64,000 bases of DNA from Amoebidium appalachense (GCA_963693365.1 CAVNZM010000004.1:12490468-12554467); one strand, 5' to 3'. Counted from the stretch's first letter, positions 21,938-35,640 are shown. Notes: generated by a model from the letters alone, not told the origin. Numbers and translations: made by a program.

Positions 21938-23817
21938 GATAAGGGGAGGGGAGAGGTGAAGAGGAGGGCACATACGTCATCATCGTCATCGCGGCCACCC
22001 CGGCCACCACGCTCCACATACTCCTTCCGCTCGTACTTGGCCCGGATAAACTGCTCAAGATCCCTGCACAGAACCACTGTTAGCTGCCACACCACGCACA
22101 AAAGGGTTGGGCATCCACCCGGGGGGAGGGGGGAGGGGAGAAGGGGGGAAGGGGGGGGGGGGGGGAGGGGGGGCATGGGACTGATCGCATGGCCTGACAC
22201 ATGTCGGTGTGAGCCGGCAGGCTAACAGAATCTAACAACCACGACCAGTACACATTGAAAATGGCCCTCTACTCTCACCACAACCACCCCAAGCGCATAT
22301 GCTTTCCTTTCTTTTCTTCTTGTTTGTCGCCCTCCCTTTTCATCCTTATCTAACCTGCTCCAAACAGCATAGAACATCGAGCTCCACTCGTGCGTAATTC
22401 TTCACAACTGTCATACCCATATGCTCTGAATGTGGTATGTAAGGTTGTGAGGAACACAAGGAGACAGGAGGAAACGGGAAGGAAGAGAGAGAGGAGGGTT
22501 GGGGGTAGGGTAGGTGGGGTGTTTGTGGGATGAGGGGGGAGGGGGGGGGGGGGGGGGGGGGGGGGGGTCAAAAAGCACGAACAAACAAAGCAGCTGCCAT
22601 GGCCTATGTGACAAAGTGTTTGTTTGTATGGACGTGTGTGGACACAGCCCGGTAAGTTTGCAATTTAATGCATGTGAATGTAGTTTGGACACAGCCCGGT
22701 AAGTTTGCAATTAAATGCATGTGAATGTAGTTATGTTTATGTGAACGTGATGTGGATGTGTGTGTAGCAGTGTGTAGACGGTTAAGTGTGAAAGTAGCCT
22801 CACACAAAAATGCATTTGAGTGCAGTCAAAGATCAGTGGACACAGAAGAGGGAGGGAGAAGCGCATGCAGAGTGTGTGCGTATGTGTGTGTTTGCGGGGC
22901 CGAGCAAGCCGAGTCGAGCCGGAGGGACGTGTGGGTTGGTCGAGTAGGCGGTTGGGGGAGGGGGGGGGGGTGATGTATGCGTTAGAGGGTTGGAAATATG
23001 GAGGAGACAACAAAGAGCAACAACAAAGCGTCACAGAAGTCAGAAACTCAAAATCAAACAATTTAAGCGTGCAGGCAGAAGACACTTGAACAGAGCCCAT
23101 GGGTGATTGGGGAAATTGAAAAGTAAGTCAAACTATTACTCAGCCCACAGAAGTGGGAAACTCAAAATCAAACAATTTAAGCGTGCAGGCAGAAGACACT
23201 TGAACAGAGCCCATGGGTGAATGGGAAATTGAAAAGTAAGTCAAACTATTACTCAGCCCACACTTACGAGGCATTGTTGGCATTTGGGCGGCGGAAGTGA
23301 GACGGCAGACGGGCCTCATAGTAGGAGTTCACCCCGTCGTTACCTCCCTGTGCCTGGAACGTCTCGAGCTGCTCTTCAGTCCATTTGTCCAGGTTTACAC
23401 TCTTTACTTTGCTAATGTGCACACCCAGATTGCGGTGGTGGCCAGCACAGTTGGTGCAAATAAAGCAGCCGATGTTCCACGACGCCCAGCGCGGACCTTT
23501 GCAAAGGACAACCAGGAGTTAGCATGTGTCAGCATGTGTAACATGTACTCTTACGCGTACTGGTGCCTAGTGCGATAACAAAACAAAAAAACCCACGAAA
23601 CCGCTAAAACCCAATAAGGCCAACAGTTGTGTCAAAAATGGCAGCAAAACTACAAACTCAAGTCCAAAAAGTACCCAAAATCAACCCCCAAAACCGGCTC
23701 ACCTTTAGCTCCGCAATCGGCACAGAAACGATTGCTCTCCTTTTCCAGGTCCTTCTTAAGAATGCGCTGAATCCTTTCCTGCTGCCTCTGCACATCGGGG
23801 TCGTCGCGCCGTGCCAT
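15089..23817 (-). CDS. SMAP: ArfGAP-domain protein, SMAP1/SMAP2-like (8 coding exons)
   Basis: Exons 23817-23703, 23496-23268, 22063-21976, 20702-20521, 19185-18925, 16489-16361, 16006-15799, 15565-15089 (TAG), phases consistent. ArfGAP zinc finger [49 protein letters not shown] and [14 protein letters not shown]-like features: clathrin-box-like DLLGID, ILSLY motif and an M/G/P-rich tail. Confidence 0.93.
16080..16264. mobile_element. MITE (~185 bp) in ArfGAP intron 6
   Basis: ~33-bp TIRs ggttcaaaacagactacgcaccccgtcagacta / tagtctgacagggtacgtagtctattttgaacc, with a central palindrome tactac-tatatatg-gtagta. No clear TSD. Confidence 0.7.
16985..17056 (-). tRNA. trnW: tRNA-Trp (anticodon CCA), located in ArfGAP intron 5
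   Basis: The reverse complement reads GACTCCGTGGCGCAACGGTAGCGCGTCTGACTCCAGATCAGAAGGTTGCGTGTTCAAATCACGTCGGGGTCA (72 nt). It folds as a cloverleaf with anticodon loop CT-CCA-GA and T-loop GTTCAAATC, and a T-run (Pol III terminator) follows immediately. Confidence 0.97.
17918..18167 (-). repeat. Dispersed C-tailed repeat family, long copy (ArfGAP intron 5)
   Basis: On + it reads G-run then gaatgcgtca..gtacgaagtacac..aacgga..aagagtatgcata..taagcagagcccatcc..gagtttcgacc..cccgtcttga..cagggttgcttatgca. Shared with 2251-2517, 55675-55771, 14338-14433 and 21421-21548. Confidence 0.85.
20946..21835 (-). repeat. Cluster of four truncated copies of the C-tailed repeat family (ArfGAP intron 3)
   Basis: Copies at 20946-21078, 21421-21548, ~21586-21630 and ~21786-21835. 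Each carries the (g)tac(g/t)aagta core and lies next to a G-rich tract on +. Confidence 0.75.
22639..22732. repeat. 47-bp tandem duplication
   Basis: tggacacagcccggtaagtttgcaatt(t/a)aatgcatgtgaatgtagtt, two copies. Confidence 0.9.
23032..23259. repeat. Tandem duplication of ~114 bp just inside ArfGAP intron 2
   Basis: Two near-identical copies of cacagaagt..gaaactcaaaatcaaacaatttaagcgtgcaggcagaagacacttgaacagagcccatggg..aagtcaaactattactcagcc. Confidence 0.9.
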
Positions 23818-25680
23818 GTTGCCGTCTACACACAGAGAAACAGCGTTTAGCATGTGGAGTTTAAGTACATAAGCAGCGTGTGAGCTAATAAGAAGACCCA
23901 AATTAAACATGTTGTACGGCAGAAGGCACGATGGAAGAATGCCCCCATGCTCCTACCTCAGACTAAGGAAGCAAATGCTTTCACAAACCTGGCTTCTTGG
24001 CTACAAATACGAACGTCTATGCTACAAACCTTGCTTGTGTAAGTGAGCATGCTACCGCATACGCCCACAGAAGAGCTGGGATCCAAGGTAACGACACGTG
24101 CACAAATACAGAGATAAAAATATGCGCGCTACCTTTTTCCGGGGCCGTTGCCTGCGTTTCTTCTGCTGCTGGGTGCTGATGCAGGCAGGTTACCTGCCAA
24201 TTCTACCACAATCCTTTCTGCCTGACTCTCCTTGACCACTTCCCTACTCAAGGTGTGCTACCCCTGCTTCTACAGTGGACAGACAGCACAATCCTCTAGA
24301 TTAAACCTTTCTTTCCTGCAGATATCACTGAGTGGTAACGCCAAGAAGGTATGCTGGACAAAAAACGTGGGTTAGGCCCCGGCTGCCAGCAGTGCAACTC
24401 GGTCAAAAAAAAACTTCTCTCTTGCAGACAGCTGTGTGCTGAGCGGACTCAGAGCGGAACTCCGTTGCCCTGCGACAAATTCTTGTGCGATTAAGATAAA
24501 CCATATAAGGCTATCTGTACTGTCAAATGATTAGCGGATACAGCAGTGATATGGGCCATTTGCGCAGTTGGAAAGGCATCAGGTTTCCTGTTCACGGTTT
24601 GACACGAGAAAGGCCGGGCCGGATTCGAGTCAACCCTCGAGAAAGAGCTGATGTGTTCGTACACTGAGCCTCTATGTAGAGGACAACGTCAAGGTGTGTC
24701 AGCTATCGAGGCCCCCTGGTGCCCAATATTGTACATGATTTCTCCCGTAATGGCCGATTTGCCGTGATGGCCGATGGCGGCAATGGCCATTCCAGAGTCG
24801 TTTTGGGTACCGGTGAGATATCGATCTCAGTGAGGTGCGTGTGCACAAAGTATTGTGATTGCGTGCCATTGGAAGAGGCAGCCTGAGCAGACACAGAGTA
24901 TCATGGTAGTGAATTAGGTGTACATTCGCGGGGAGTCTGGTTTCGTGAACTCTTCAGGCTTTTTGCACACTTTTGTGGTCGCGGCGCACCGTGACCAATT
25001 GACTATCCTTGTGTGCCCCCCCCCTCCCCCCCCCCCCCCCCCCCTCTCCCTCCCCCCCCCCCCCCCCCCAACACACACACACATACACACACAACACACA
25101 TACACACACACAACAACAACAACACCACCGCCACCACCACCCCTGTAAACACACGAAAGAATGTGTTGGTCTAAACCCAAGTTTTTATTTTTTGTAATTT
25201 AAAAAACAAGGGCAAAACCGTCATATACACACACATCAGCACCGTGATTATAGGCACATGCACATACACACGCAAAACGCACACACACATATATATGTAC
25301 AGGTACAGTCACACACACACACTAATGTTTGTGCACGTGCACGTCCAAGACGCATTGTGCGCAGGTACACATCGGATGCACATACATGCAACGTTAACAG
25401 ACTGAGCGTCCTTACGCACACCAAATATTTCGGGGGAGGGGGGAGGGGGAGGGGGGGAGGGGGGAGGGGGAAAGGGGGGAAAGGGAGGGGGGGGGGGGGG
25501 GGGGTGGATTGACTATTAAATCCTGCGACTTCAAGTATTTCTTCAATAACGTTACTGTACGTGAGGGGCAATTGTAACTCACAGGAATTGCGGTAGTACC
25601 TGAGTTGCACAAAGTTCATTCCGAATGTATGTAAGCGACTCGCCGAATTTCCGTTTATTAAGAGCTCGCCACGTGCGACT

Positions 25681-26122
25681 GTGGAGGGCCCCACCACATT
25701 GGCAGAGTCAACTTCCTCCGAGCCTGATCATTCTGCGGAAAGCAGAGTTATTCTTCGAAAAGGCGAATTATTCTGCAAAATGCAGAAATAATATTTCCTG
25801 AGCAGAATTTTTCTGCTTGTAGCAGAATCATTCTGCTTTCAAATTTTGAATAAATGCGCAAAACCAGCCTCAGTTATTCTTCTCAATGACTCAGCAGCAG
25901 AATACACTTGTTCCAAGCAGAATAATTCTGCAACAAGGTTTTGGCAGAATAGCTTGCCTATAGCAAAATAATTCTGTCTTTCTTTGATAATTCTGGTTTT
26001 GCTGAATAAATCTGCTTTTAGTAGAAGATTTCTGCCTTTCACAAATGTAATAGTTGTGCTTTTTGCAGGATAAATTTTCTCTGTGCAAGTTGGCTTTGCC
26101 GATTTATGGTTGGACCCTCCAT
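25681..26122. mobile_element. MITE with an internal array of GCAGAAnnnTTCTGC palindromes
   Basis: ~35-bp imperfect TIRs gtggagggccccaccacattggcagagtcaactt / aagttggctttgccgatttatggttggaccctccat enclose many degenerate copies of gcagaataattctgc. Confidence 0.7.
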
Positions 26123-26358
26123 GGGCAGCAACCTGAGTTGAGTGCATCCGACTAAATTTGACACAATTGAGAACTGTTTGCACAGGGCGTATATGAATCG
26201 GATTCCGCAGTATGTAGTCAAAGCCGCTCATGAAATTATGCAGCAGCTAGTGTGCCCGTGTATCAATGGGCATCATACCACAAATACTCCTACCCCATCA
26301 TCCCCACCACTCAAACACACACACACACATGAAAAAAACACACACGCGCACACGTATG

Positions 26359-26460
<102 letters not shown>

Positions 26461-26513
26461 ACATGCAAACACACACAAACACACACAAACCTAGATTTCG
26501 TGGCCTCTCTCTC

Positions 26514-26544
<31 letters not shown>

Positions 26545-26726
26545 ATCTGTATATCTATCTCGCCCTATCACCCGCCCTCTGCCTTCCTCGAGATCCGTCT
26601 CTCTCTCTATATCTCCCTCTCTCCCCCTCTCTCGCCCCCTTCCGCACGCCTGCCCCGCCCGCCCTCCCTCCCCCCCTCCCCCCCCCCCCCCCCCCCCTTA
26701 TAACTTATTTCTCTCTCTCTTTCCCT

Positions 26727-26758
<32 letters not shown>

Positions 26759-27610
26759 CTTTCTTTCTCGCATTCTCCTCCCCGCCCCACCCCCACCCCC
26801 ACCGGGCCCACCCCCCACATGCTCACATGCCCCTCCCTCCTTCCCTCCCTCCCTCCGCGGATTCCTCCCTCCCTCCCTAAGCCCTTTCTGTAATGACGCG
26901 CACAAGCAGAAGAAAGCATTAGTAGGAGAATGGGCCTTAACATGATCTATGAGGTGATGGAGTAGCAGGGGAGTGAAAGAGGAAAAAGGGCACAGGAAAA
27001 GAAACCACAAGCTTATTACGTGCATGCATCTTGCAGAAATCATGCAAAATGAAGTATAAGGTCACCCCCGAGCAGATACATGGCTCACTCGGTTACCGTG
27101 ATCGTCTCATCTGGCGGACTTCTGCATGAATACCGTATCAGGTCTGGAGGTGGACAAAATAACAGGCGGAGCACTCTTGCACCATCTAGCTCACTCAGCA
27201 CCAAAGAAAAAACCAGAGAGGGTAAAAAGCACAAGACAGAATTTGCAGGGATGTGTATAGCATAAATATAGAAGGGCCTTAGCTCCTTTTGGAAAATTTC
27301 TGCTGTTTGTTTTAATTTTGTGTATCCGCAGCTCCCACTTGGTTCTATGTCTATGTTTCATCCGAGACCTCCGTTTTCGTCTGAAGGCACCCTGTACTCG
27401 GCACCAGAAGTGACACCAGGAAAATGATCCATTGAGTTTCTTTTTTTGGCCTAATAGCTTACACTTCCATCAGGTATTCTAAACTTGCATTTTCATACGA
27501 TAGATATAACATTTAGGGGGAGAATTCTTACTTGTGCCTGGACAACTGGACAGTAATAGGACACACACGCATAGGCAGAGAAACCCAAGGGCCGGCCCTT
27601 TCACACGAGC

Positions 27611-28528
27611 ATGAGTCGTGCGGGGGCCTTTTGGTCGCGCCTTTGTGAGTGCGACTTTTGCGGTGGGGGTTACGACGAATTTGAAAACGGAGGATGCTGC
27701 AATTGTGATGACTTTGTGGAGTGGTTGGGTGATTATTTGTGCTCGTGCCAGTGTGCGCAGAAGGTGCCAGACTTTGATGATGGGGACGACACTTACCAGG
27801 CGTGCCACTATTGTCGAGGCACGGGGAGAATGCATAGGACAGGTGAGAGACACAGCCATCCCCTCTGATCTCTACGGCTCTCTCCTCTCTTCTCTCTTCC
27901 CAATTCAGCACGTGCCCTTTACATTCTCCCCGTGCCTGCCGGTACATGTGGGCATGTGATAGCGTTTGCCTGAGTGTGCCCTTGTGCGTGTGGGTGTGTG
28001 TGTCATACCATAAGACATTACTTCTGCTAACAGTGTGTGAGCAGCATTTAGGTTCAATTGCTTGTGTGATTTACGTCTTCTGTGTGGGTGTGCCAGGTAT
28101 TCTTCACGTATTGATAATTCGTGTGTGTCCTTATGTGTGCCGGGTGTGTGTGTGTGTGTGCGCATCTGTGTATGTGTCTGTGAGTGTTTTTGCATGTGTC
28201 TGTTTGTCTGTGTGTGCAGGTGTGCGTCGTGTGTGTTTGTGGGATGTACATGTTCGTGTATTTGTGTTGGTGGTGTTTGTTTGTGTGCAGGTGCTTGTCA
28301 GACATGCTCATATAAGCGTTTCTATATGACCTGGGAAATTTTTAATGTGTACCCAAGTATGGGGCTCTATCTAAACAAAGGTCAGCACTATGGTGCATTG
28401 GCCAGGTTTGCATGTCTCTTCCATCGTGCAAAGGGGACAAGCCAGCTAACTGTTCTGCACCTATCCTCTTCCCCAACCCCCCGATTCCCTTCCTTTGAGC
28501 TTGCCACCGTTGCTCCCCAGCCCCCCCC

Positions 28529-28576
<48 letters not shown>

Positions 28577-28579
28577 CGA

Positions 28580-28664
<85 letters not shown>

Positions 28665-30585
28665 GGGGGAAGGGGGGGGGGGGGGGGGAAGGGGGGGGGG
28701 GGGGGGGGGGAGCTATCCATATTTAGATCTCTTTTGAGTTCTTCCCTTCCACACCCCCCCCCCCACCCTCCCCCCCCCGCCCGCCCCTCTTCTTTCCCGT
28801 CTCTCTTTACACCTCTAGCCATTTCCGCACCTCCAATGTCGCCTTTCCGTGTTGTCTGTTAGCATATACACATCCATCCACGTTTCCCGAAGCTTGGTTG
28901 TGCTCCTACCTCCCTCTGTGCCTCTTCTGTCTAGCCACATGTTTCCACCCAGCCCACCCAGCCCGCCCATTCGCTAAACAAGTTGTTGCTTTCTTTCCCT
29001 GTGTGTCTCCTTCGTCATGATGGTTTATTCCCGTTTTTGCTTCGCGCATTTATACCCCGTTCACCACTCATATTTTTTATGGCACACCCAGAAGCCACGT
29101 CTGAGCTGATTGCAGTCCCAGTTTCGGATTCAAGGCTACGGCCAAGAAGAACGTGAGAACCCTCCTCCCCCCCCCCCCCCCCCCCCCTCCCCCCCTCCTT
29201 CTCGTCTCCCTCTTCCCCGAAACCCCCTCTTTCCTTCCTATTTGCAGCTCAAGGCATGGACACATGCACAAAGTACACGCACATCCCCCCCCCCCCCCCT
29301 CCCCCCCCCCCCCCCCCCCCCTTTTGCTTCCCCGCAGCCTACCGCCCGCCCATCTAACACACACGAATGCACACACCTGCACGCACACGCATACCCCTGC
29401 GACCACATGCACACACATTGACAAGCACAATATGCACCATTCACCTCCATTTTTTGGCTCATGCAACTTTCGGGCCCCCATTTCTGCTTCAGATGTGAGA
29501 GAGAAAGCCCCCCCCCCCCCCCCCCCCCCGCTTCTGCATACGTCATCCCCCCCCCCCCCCCTCCCCCTGGACCCGATATCCAGCGTTGACACCTCTTGTC
29601 CCACCTTCCTATGATTGAACCCTTTTCTGTCTCTCATTCTTTGGCCTTCCCTTGGGCATCCTCCCCACCACCTTCCCACCCCCACCCCCACTCGTACCCT
29701 CCATCCCACCCACCATTTTTTTCTCAAGTCGCCCCTTCTTTGCTCTCCCGTGCCCACCTGCCATCAATATTTTATCATGTAGTGGCTAGAATCTGTACCT
29801 GCAATGGTGCATGTGCAGTGTCTGCATCCACATATCATGCTCACGTTGCACACCACACACCTCACCTATTTATGTCGTAATTATCCCTTGCTGACTCCCC
29901 CTCGCCCTCCCCCATCCCCGCCCGTCCCCGCCCCCCCCCCACCCCCCTTCTCCTCTCCCCCTCCCCCCCCCCTCCCTCCCTCCCCTCCCCCCCCTCCCCC
30001 GGCAGCAAGCTTATTGTTGCTGTGTCTGCGGTGTTCACTGCGCTCCTAGGGGCCATCATCGTGTACTTCCTGCTGCCCCGGCAGATATTGCTCAGCCTGG
30101 AATCCAACATCACCACCGAGCACGCATTCATCCCCACACAGGAGCAGCTGCTGAACGGCTCACACGTAAACGTCACCTTTAAGGTGTCCTCCTTAGCCCT
30201 CTCTCTCATACTGCCTCCCCCCCCCCTACCCCACACCCCTTCTCTCTCTGCCCTAATATTCTTCTCCCCACCCCCTCCAAAAGAGGAGGGGGGGGGGGGG
30301 GAAGAAAAAAATGTCCAAGCATGAACACAGACGAACACACCCTCGAATCATGCCTCCCACCCATATTATACATGTTGTGCATGTGTCCGAGACTGCTTTA
30401 TGGGGGGTTGACTGGGTAGTTCTTCTGTCTTTTTGTGACCCCCCCCCTCTCCCCCCCCCCCCCCCCTCCCCCTCCCTCCCCCCCCCTCCAACACACACAC
30501 ACACACACACTCCTCTTGCAGAACTAACGGTCAAGCGATACCCATGCTCATATCACTATCACCCCCTCCCCAACCCCCTCCCCCC

Positions 30586-30621
<36 letters not shown>

Positions 30622-30808
30622 CTCCCCCCTCCCCCCATCCACCCAGCCATCCACCCCACCCACAAAAAAAAAAAAAAAAAAAAAAAAACCTTCTCCATTG
30701 TCAGTCAGGATGTACGGCAGTTTTATGTCCGTCCCAAACCCCACACTACACCCTTTGCTTTTCCCTTGCAAAAGAAAGATGCCCTCGGCTCCTCTCCCTG
30801 CCTCTCCT

Positions 30809-30841
<33 letters not shown>

Positions 30842-31202
30842 TCCCTCCCTCCCTCCACTCTTTCCTTCCCCCCTGTCTAAAAAATCTTTAAAAAGAAGCT
30901 ACCAGAAATCGATATAGTTTTACAGGATTGACACATCCACTTCCCCATCCCCTCTTTCCCTCATTTTTTCCAACCATCATCATCACGCTCTATCTATCGC
31001 CATGCATTCAACCCATTCTCCTTTTTTGCAGCAAAACATCACGCTGCGCAACAGCAACTATGTTGGGGCCACAGTGCGGGGTCTTCAGTTCACCGTCTAT
31101 TACCACCAGTACCCTGCCGGTTTGGCAGTATTCCCTGATGTGCACATCAGATCAAAATCTTCTGTCATGGTTCGTCATCTCATCCATCCCTCCCCCCCCC
31201 CG

Positions 31203-31238
<36 letters not shown>

Positions 31239-31437
31239 CCCCCTTACCCCCAAAACACATGCACGAACACACACACAAAAGCGCCCGTACCCAACATCAC
31301 ACACATAAACACATGTACGCACGCACATGCGCGCGAGCACACACACACACACACACAGACACATACACACACACACGCACACACACACACACACACACAC
31401 AATTGGACTCACCCCTCTGCCATCCACGTCGCTGCTG

Positions 31438-31472
<35 letters not shown>

Positions 31473-32144
31473 TTCCACTGGCTGCAACCGTTAGCCTTCC
31501 ATTTTTTCTTTGCTCATGCACACAATCGGTCTGCGCGGCATGCACACCGGCCGTAATGCACTCAAATAGAATTGAACGAATTTCTTCCTTCTTTGCCTCT
31601 AAATTGCTTCCGTCCTCTTCTCTTCTTCGAGTGTCACATGGGTGTCGGTCTAGTCTTGTAAACTGAAACCGCTCGTACGTAAAAATCCCCTTTTAGTCGC
31701 ATATTCCACCACACCTAACTTTTCACCGCACGTAGCTACAGTAACTCAGAATGTTCTTCGCTGCGGTTATTGTATTCCCCCCCCTCCCCCCGCCCCCCCA
31801 ACCACCACCACCACCACCACCGAGGGTGGGGGGAGGGGGGGGGAGGTTGGTTTTTGTGTGTTGAGTTATTTAGGGAAATTAGGAGAGGTGAACAAGCAAG
31901 CACAGGGTAGATGAGACACAAACGGGAGGTTAAAGGGAAGGTGGTTAGTTTGGATCTGAAAAGGAAAAAAAATCAAAAAGTAGTGGGTGGTGGGTGGGGG
32001 GGGGTGGACCACGACCACCCACCCACCCCACCCTTAAACAGATGCTCACACACGCACCAACTATACTGCACAAATGGACACGGTTATAAGCAGACATGCG
32101 CAGCCACGGGAACTCAAATCATCATTTTCGCTGTTGTTATTCCA

Positions 32145-32221
<77 letters not shown>

Positions 32222-32895
32222 AAAAAAAGAAAAAGAAAAAAAGAAAGAAAAAGAAAAAAGATAAAAACATGACATACATGCACCAACTATGCTACGCCAG
32301 TGGACACGATTAAAAGCATACACACAGGGACCTTCCCTCCCTCCCTCCTTGCCCCATGTATCTTTAGCCGGTTGGCCCATGTCGCTCACTGTCCCCCCCC
32401 CCCCCCCCCCCCTCCCTCCCTCCCCTCGCCTTCCCCCCCCCCCCCCCCAGGTTGAGCTGACGGTGCATGCGGACCACATAGAGGAGCAGTATGAGCCCAT
32501 AGCCCTGCGCCAGTGCACATTCTTTCCTCAGCAGGTGAGGGGCTGTGCCGCTGCCATTGTGCTTTGTTGACAGTCACTTCATGCTCAAACTAGGGACTCT
32601 TTTTATACCGTTTTTTCTTTTTGCTTCGCGCGTGTGCGTGGTGTGTGTGTTGGAAGGGGGGGGGGGGGGGGGGGGGGGGGGCTGATGCGTGTGTTCGAGT
32701 TGTGTTTGTATGTGTATGTCTGTTCATGTGTGCCTTCTTGTCATCTGTATACACACGTCGTTCCCTATTCATGTTGGTGTGTGCGGTGCCCAGTGGCAAT
32801 GGGTTGATTGGCGCATACCCGAGCATGCACAAATGGCCCCGGACTTACGTACATTCTACTTTCTCCCGGGATGCGACCACATGCGCACACACACA

Positions 32896-32929
<34 letters not shown>

Positions 32930-33167
32930 ACCCGGCCCCCCTCGCCCTCGCCCCTGCCCCCCCCCCCCCACCCGCCCCCAACACACACACACATCCATAC
33001 ACGTATACACATACACACGTACACACACCACAACTGATGCATGTGTTTGCTTTTTACAGGACAAGATGGAGTTCAAGATCAACGGCACGGGGCTGGTGCT
33101 GAGCCAGGGCCAGCAGCTGTACCACTTTGTGTCGGTCTTCGCAAACTGCAGAAACTCAACAACATAA
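27611..33167 (+). CDS. TMEM106: TMEM106 family type II membrane protein (6 exons)
   Basis: Exons 27611-27842, 29092-29152, 30006-30183, 31032-31169, 32451-32534, 33060-33167 (TAA). CHYCRGTGR...[18 protein letters not shown], then one TM helix ending YFLLPR, then NITLRNSNY and a terminal NCRNSTT. This is colinear with TMEM106B (CPTCQGTGR..YSDQRLRPRRTKL..FLFPR..NITNNNY). Confidence 0.9.
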
Positions 33168-33231
33168 CAACAACAACACACAAACGCGATTACGCGCACG
33201 CACACATACATGCATGCATGCATGCACACGC

Positions 33232-33287
<56 letters not shown>

Positions 33288-34308
33288 TACGTACACGCAC
33301 ACGGGCACACACGCGTGGGCAGTCGCGCACACATACACATGCACACACGTATGCACGTGCGCGGAACGCACAGACACACACACATGCACACTCGCGCACA
33401 GACATCCATGAACACATTCGCGCGTACTCGGACACACAAGCATAGATGCACATGCGCACACTTACGAGTACATCCGCAAACACACACGCACCCACGGTCC
33501 AACTATCTGGTGATGATATATACTGCATGCACAATGGGACCTTGAACAGTGGGTGCTGTGTATGCAAAATGCTGCTGTTAGTTCCCATATGTGGTTGGTT
33601 GTATGGAGTGGTTGGGTAATATGCACGTAAAAGAAAGCGCCATATGTTTGATCGAAATAGGCAGCGGTGAAATTACAACGTTGTGTTATGTGCTGTGCTA
33701 GGTAGAGCTTGAGGCTTTTTTTTTGTGTTGTTACGTGAATTAATCGTAACTACTGTTCAACGTACACTCATGATGTTATCCGTAAGTTAAACGCTGTAGT
33801 GGTCGACATCCCCTTGTTCTTCTTTTTTACCATTCATGTGGTGCATATGTACATTCCATAGGTCTCGAATATTGTTGCGCTTTTCCGTATCGCCAAACAT
33901 AACTGCATCTTTTATGGAGATGTAGCAATGGTTTGTCTGATTTATGTGGTATCACACTATAAGCCGTATATGTACATATATCAACACACTTAATATGTGT
34001 GGTGAACAGGAGGCATTTGTGCTTTAGTCTAGATATAACGTGCTGCCTCTATGTTCCCAGTTGCAGGCCACGGTGTGGTGAAAAAGGTATTTTACACTAG
34101 ATCCTGCAGGATACATACTGTAGTGAAAGCACACGAGCAGATAATAAACCGAACTGTTGTATTAAGCCAGTGCACCATTGTGATCTGCCAAAGCCTTGAG
34201 AGTACGTGCATATACATCCCCAAGACTCTCTTTCTCGCTCCTGCCCCTCCCCCCCCCCCCTCCCCCCATACCCACCCACACACAAACACACACACACACA
34301 CACACACA

Positions 34309-34419
<111 letters not shown>

Positions 34420-34448
34420 ACTCGCTCTCTCTCTCTTTCCCCTCCTCC

Positions 34449-34480
<32 letters not shown>

Positions 34481-35031
34481 AAAAAAAAAAAAAAAGCAAA
34501 AGAAAAAAAAACCTACATAAACCATTGAAACCAACAAGACTGATTGGACGAAACCTGCAAGGGCTTGAACATTCCCATCCCCTCCTCCCCTCCCCCAACC
34601 CCCCACCCCTAAAATTTCATCCCCGTGCCCCCGGGGGTGTATGTACATGTACAGCGAAAGTCCTCGGTACAGGGAGAGATTGCTTACATAGGCAAATACC
34701 AACAACCTAAATGAAAACCGTTCGCAATAACCATAACCCTATGCGCGTCTGGGCCCTGAATGGGGAGGCTGCCCTCTCCCCCCCCCCCTCCCCCCCCATC
34801 CCCACCCCACCCCCCATCCCACCCTTTCCCCCCCCCCCCCCCCCCCCCCCCCCTGGGCCCCCTCCTCCCCAACCACCACCACCCCCCTTCCAGCCCTCTC
34901 TCCCCCCCTCCACCACACACACACACACACACGAAACACCCCGTAATTGGATGATCGGTCCAGTCTGAGATCGGAACGTGTTTTGTCCATTTAGGTGTGG
35001 AGTGGCTTCCGTGGTAGGAACCAAAATGTGC

Positions 35032-35146
<115 letters not shown>

Positions 35147-35609
35147 CGCCCCCAACCACCCCACCCCACCCACCCTTCTCCCTCGTGTACTAGAATTTGA
35201 TGGCACTGATGATGGATCCGATTGCCTGTCTGCATACCGAATCGATTTGTAGTGTTGTGTGTGCGATTTGCAATTGAGCTTAGCACGCACGCCTATGGTC
35301 ATGGACCACTGCGAGTCGAATATTTAGTGTCTTTTTTTTTTGTGGTGCCAGGTAGTGGGTTAAAAAGGTGGGTGGTTGTGTGGGGGGGGGGACCCACCGG
35401 CATGGCTGGGGTTGATACCCTGGGCAAGGTGTGTACATGTAGTTAGGACTGTTATAGGTGTGTTAAAGTTTAGCTAATAGCATCGTAGCACCCTAGCTAG
35501 AGTACTGTCGGTGCTGGGTGGAAGACGGTAGTTCCCCCTGAGGGCCCCTAGGGGTACCTCCGGGAACAAAACGGGATTAAAAAAAAAATAATAATAAAAA
35601 AATGTGTGT

Positions 35610-35640
<31 letters not shown>

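Noticed and set aside
23032-23259. Duplicated 114-bp intronic unit as tandem snoRNAs
   Set aside because: No RUGAUGA C box on the sense strand and no convincing H/ACA double hairpin.
25730-26040. GAA/TTC array as heat-shock elements
   Set aside because: Spacing is mostly GAA-N3-TTC rather than the canonical nGAAnnTTCn, and the array is enclosed by TIRs.
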